From Bacteroides sp. (lineage in GTDB: Bacteria > Bacteroidota > Bacteroidia > Bacteroidales > Bacteroidaceae), in NCBI GenBank assembly GCA_017471925.1, contig JAFURM010000008.1, forward strand, positions 14,861 through 78,860: DNA of 64,000 bases, written 5' to 3'. Position 1 is the first letter of the stretch. Every line of letters begins with the position of its first letter. A program made the translations under genes and the position numbers. Under the pieces are notes generated by a model. That model made no database searches, had not been told where the DNA came from, and saw nothing but the letters and a program-made list of their open reading frames with translations. Below are positions 62,397 through 64,000 of this stretch, piece after piece.

Positions 62397-63752
62397 TCAC
62401 TTGCTGAAGAACCATCCCACGTAGGCAATAGCCACGGAAAACTCGTTCTCACTGTTGTAGCGACCGCTGCCGAACAGTTTTCCTGTACCTATCTGGCGCG
62501 TCATATAGTCGGCCTTCACCACGAGATTGGGCCGTGCAAACCAGTTCACCCCCACGGTCCACATGCTGGTCTGCAGGCGTTTGTCCATGGTCTGCCCCTT
62601 CTCGCCTTCTTCCTGGGAGTTATAGTACTCATAGCGCACAAAGGGATAGACCACCGGCACTCTCTTTCCGCTCCTGCCGAAAAAGGAACTGATGTTCACG
62701 CCCACTTCACCGGCATAGCTCACGGCATGTTTGGCCACAGGAGTCAGTCGGCTGTAGGGCGAAGCATTGGAGAGCATGGAGACATTGGCTTCGCTCAGTT
62801 TCTTGGAGTTGCCCAGGTTGCCATACACCATGTTGGCACGGGCCGTGACATGGCGGCCACGATACTGTACATCGGCCGTATAGATGCGCACGGGAATCTT
62901 GCCCACCGAGGCATAGGTCTGCGCCTTGTCTGAATTGCTGCCGGCATCCGCCTGATAGTAGAAGGAAGCCCCTATCCTCAGTCCTGTCACTCCACGCCAG
63001 TCCAGGCGCAGGGCATAGCCCGGTGAGGTAAAGTTGTCTTCTTCAAAGAAGCCCTGCCGGCCACCGGCCACCCAGGTGTTGCGGTCGAAACCATTGGCAT
63101 TCAGGCCTGCCACAATCAGGGTTTGATAGTCAAAGCGGGCATACCCCTTACCGAAAGAGCCGAAGAATTCCACACCGGTCTCGTGCCAGGTGGAGGGCAG
63201 AATGGTGGCTTCACCCTCAGGACGATAAGTGCCGAAAAAGTTCACCGGCTCATGATAGGCATTGGTAAGACCTACGGGAACAATCAAGTGTCCGGCACGC
63301 ACGTTGAAAGCAGGATGTATGAGGCGCGTGATGTGGAACTGCTCCAAAGCGACCTCGCCGCCTTTTTCCATCTCAGTCTCATACTCACCGTTTTCGGTAT
63401 TCTCCAACTCCAGAGCTACACCCGTTCCGCCTGACTCAAACTCTATCTCGGCTCCCAGTATCCATTTCGGGGTAAACTTATAGTCTAATGCCAGGATGAA
63501 GCGGGGAATGGCAATGGTGTTGCGATGATCCTTAGTGTTGCCGCTCTCCTTGCCCGTGAAGCGGTTGATGCCATAGTCCTTGAAGCTGGCCACCATTTCG
63601 CCATAGCCTCCCAAACGGAATTGGCTGTAGTTTTCTGTCGTTTCGGCTTGTCCAGGAGCCATCGTGTAGGTTCCCCTTTTCTCGGGTTCAGTGGCCTGCA
63701 CAGAGAGAACTGCCAAGAGGAAGAGGGAAAACAAAGTCGTTGTTCGTTTCAT
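62397..63752 (-). CDS. Outer-membrane beta-barrel/porin
   Basis: Signal peptide, LGGYGE, EIEFE, GGEVALEQF, VPVGLTNAYHEP, LPSTWHETG, terminal YVGWF. Confidence 0.8.
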   Translation of the reverse strand: MKRTTTLFSLFLLAVLSVQATEPEKRGTYTMAPGQAETTENYSQFRLGGYGEMVASFKDYGINRFTGKESGNTKDHRNTIAIPRFILALDYKFTPKWILGAEIEFESGGTGVALELENTENGEYETEMEKGGEVALEQFHITRLIHPAFNVRAGHLIVPVGLTNAYHEPVNFFGTYRPEGEATILPSTWHETGVEFFGSFGKGYARFDYQTLIVAGLNANGFDRNTWVAGGRQGFFEEDNFTSPGYALRLDWRGVTGLRIGASFYYQADAGSNSDKAQTYASVGKIPVRIYTADVQYRGRHVTARANMVYGNLGNSKKLSEANVSMLSNASPYSRLTPVAKHAVSYAGEVGVNISSFFGRSGKRVPVVYPFVRYEYYNSQEEGEKGQTMDKRLQTSMWTVGVNWFARPNLVVKADYMTRQIGTGKLFGSGRYNSENEFSVAIAYVGWFFSK

Positions 63753-63774
63753 CTTTTACCTTTTATTTTGTCGC

Positions 63775-63855
63775 TGCAAAGGTAGAAGAGGAGACGAGCG
63801 CGGGCAATACCCCAAAACATGTATAATACCCGCCGGCATTAATCACTTGTAGGTA
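63775..63855 (-). promoter_or_regulatory. Operon promoter with TACC-N8-GGTA-like operators
   Basis: TGCAAAGGTA-N20-CAATACCCCAAAACATGTA ... GTAGGTA; matches 54322-54403. Confidence 0.7.
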
Positions 63856-63875
63856 TTGCAGAAGCCGAGAAGGAT

Positions 63876-64000
63876 TCACTCCAACCGTCCGGTATGCACA
63901 AAGCGGGTCACGTCATCCATCAGATAGGCCGGCACGGGAGCCGCTTCCTGATACTCCAGCGGAGTGGACTTGCCCACTCCCTCCTGCATCAGGTGGTTCA
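63876..64000 (-). CDS. 3' end of a probable alpha/beta hydrolase (continues beyond the window)
   Basis: My translation: NHLMQEGVGKSTPLEYQEAAPVPAYLMDDVTRFVHTGRLE-stop; NHL resembles the catalytic-His segment. Confidence 0.55.
   Translation of the reverse strand, partial: NHLMQEGVGKSTPLEYQEAAPVPAYLMDDVTRFVHTGRLE

Overview
GC-rich chromosomal region of a gut Bacteroidales organism (Bacteroides/Phocaeicola-like: TAnnTTTG promoters, SusC/SusD, HTCS). Left to right: partial M20 dipeptidase, topB, a candidate sRNA, tRNA-Ser(TGA), pflB-pflA, an ECF sigma / dual-membrane anti-sigma / NigD module, a complete xylan PUL (HTCS, SusC, SusD, SGBP, CBM-interrupted GH10, GH35-like, esterase, GPH transporter, GH10-GH43 fusion, GH43, GH67), GH97 and enolase. 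Next is a patchy accessory block (Tat-lipoprotein ferredoxin, TfoX plus HUH/Y1 transposase-like gene bounded by a 23-bp direct repeat, acetyltransferases, CNNM transporter, a pseudogene, a MITE), methylmalonyl-CoA mutase and an AspT/YidE transporter. The window ends with a 7-gene minus-strand operon (two porins, imelysin, di-heme and mono-heme c-type lipoproteins, a tandem Rid/chorismatase-like enzyme, a dedicated CcsBA). The most notable items are this putative iron/redox envelope operon with a downstream non-coding transcript sharing its promoter architecture, the direct-repeat-bounded tfoX-transposase unit, and an sRNA antisense to a generic translation-initiation region. All calls come from reading motifs by eye; no database searches were run.
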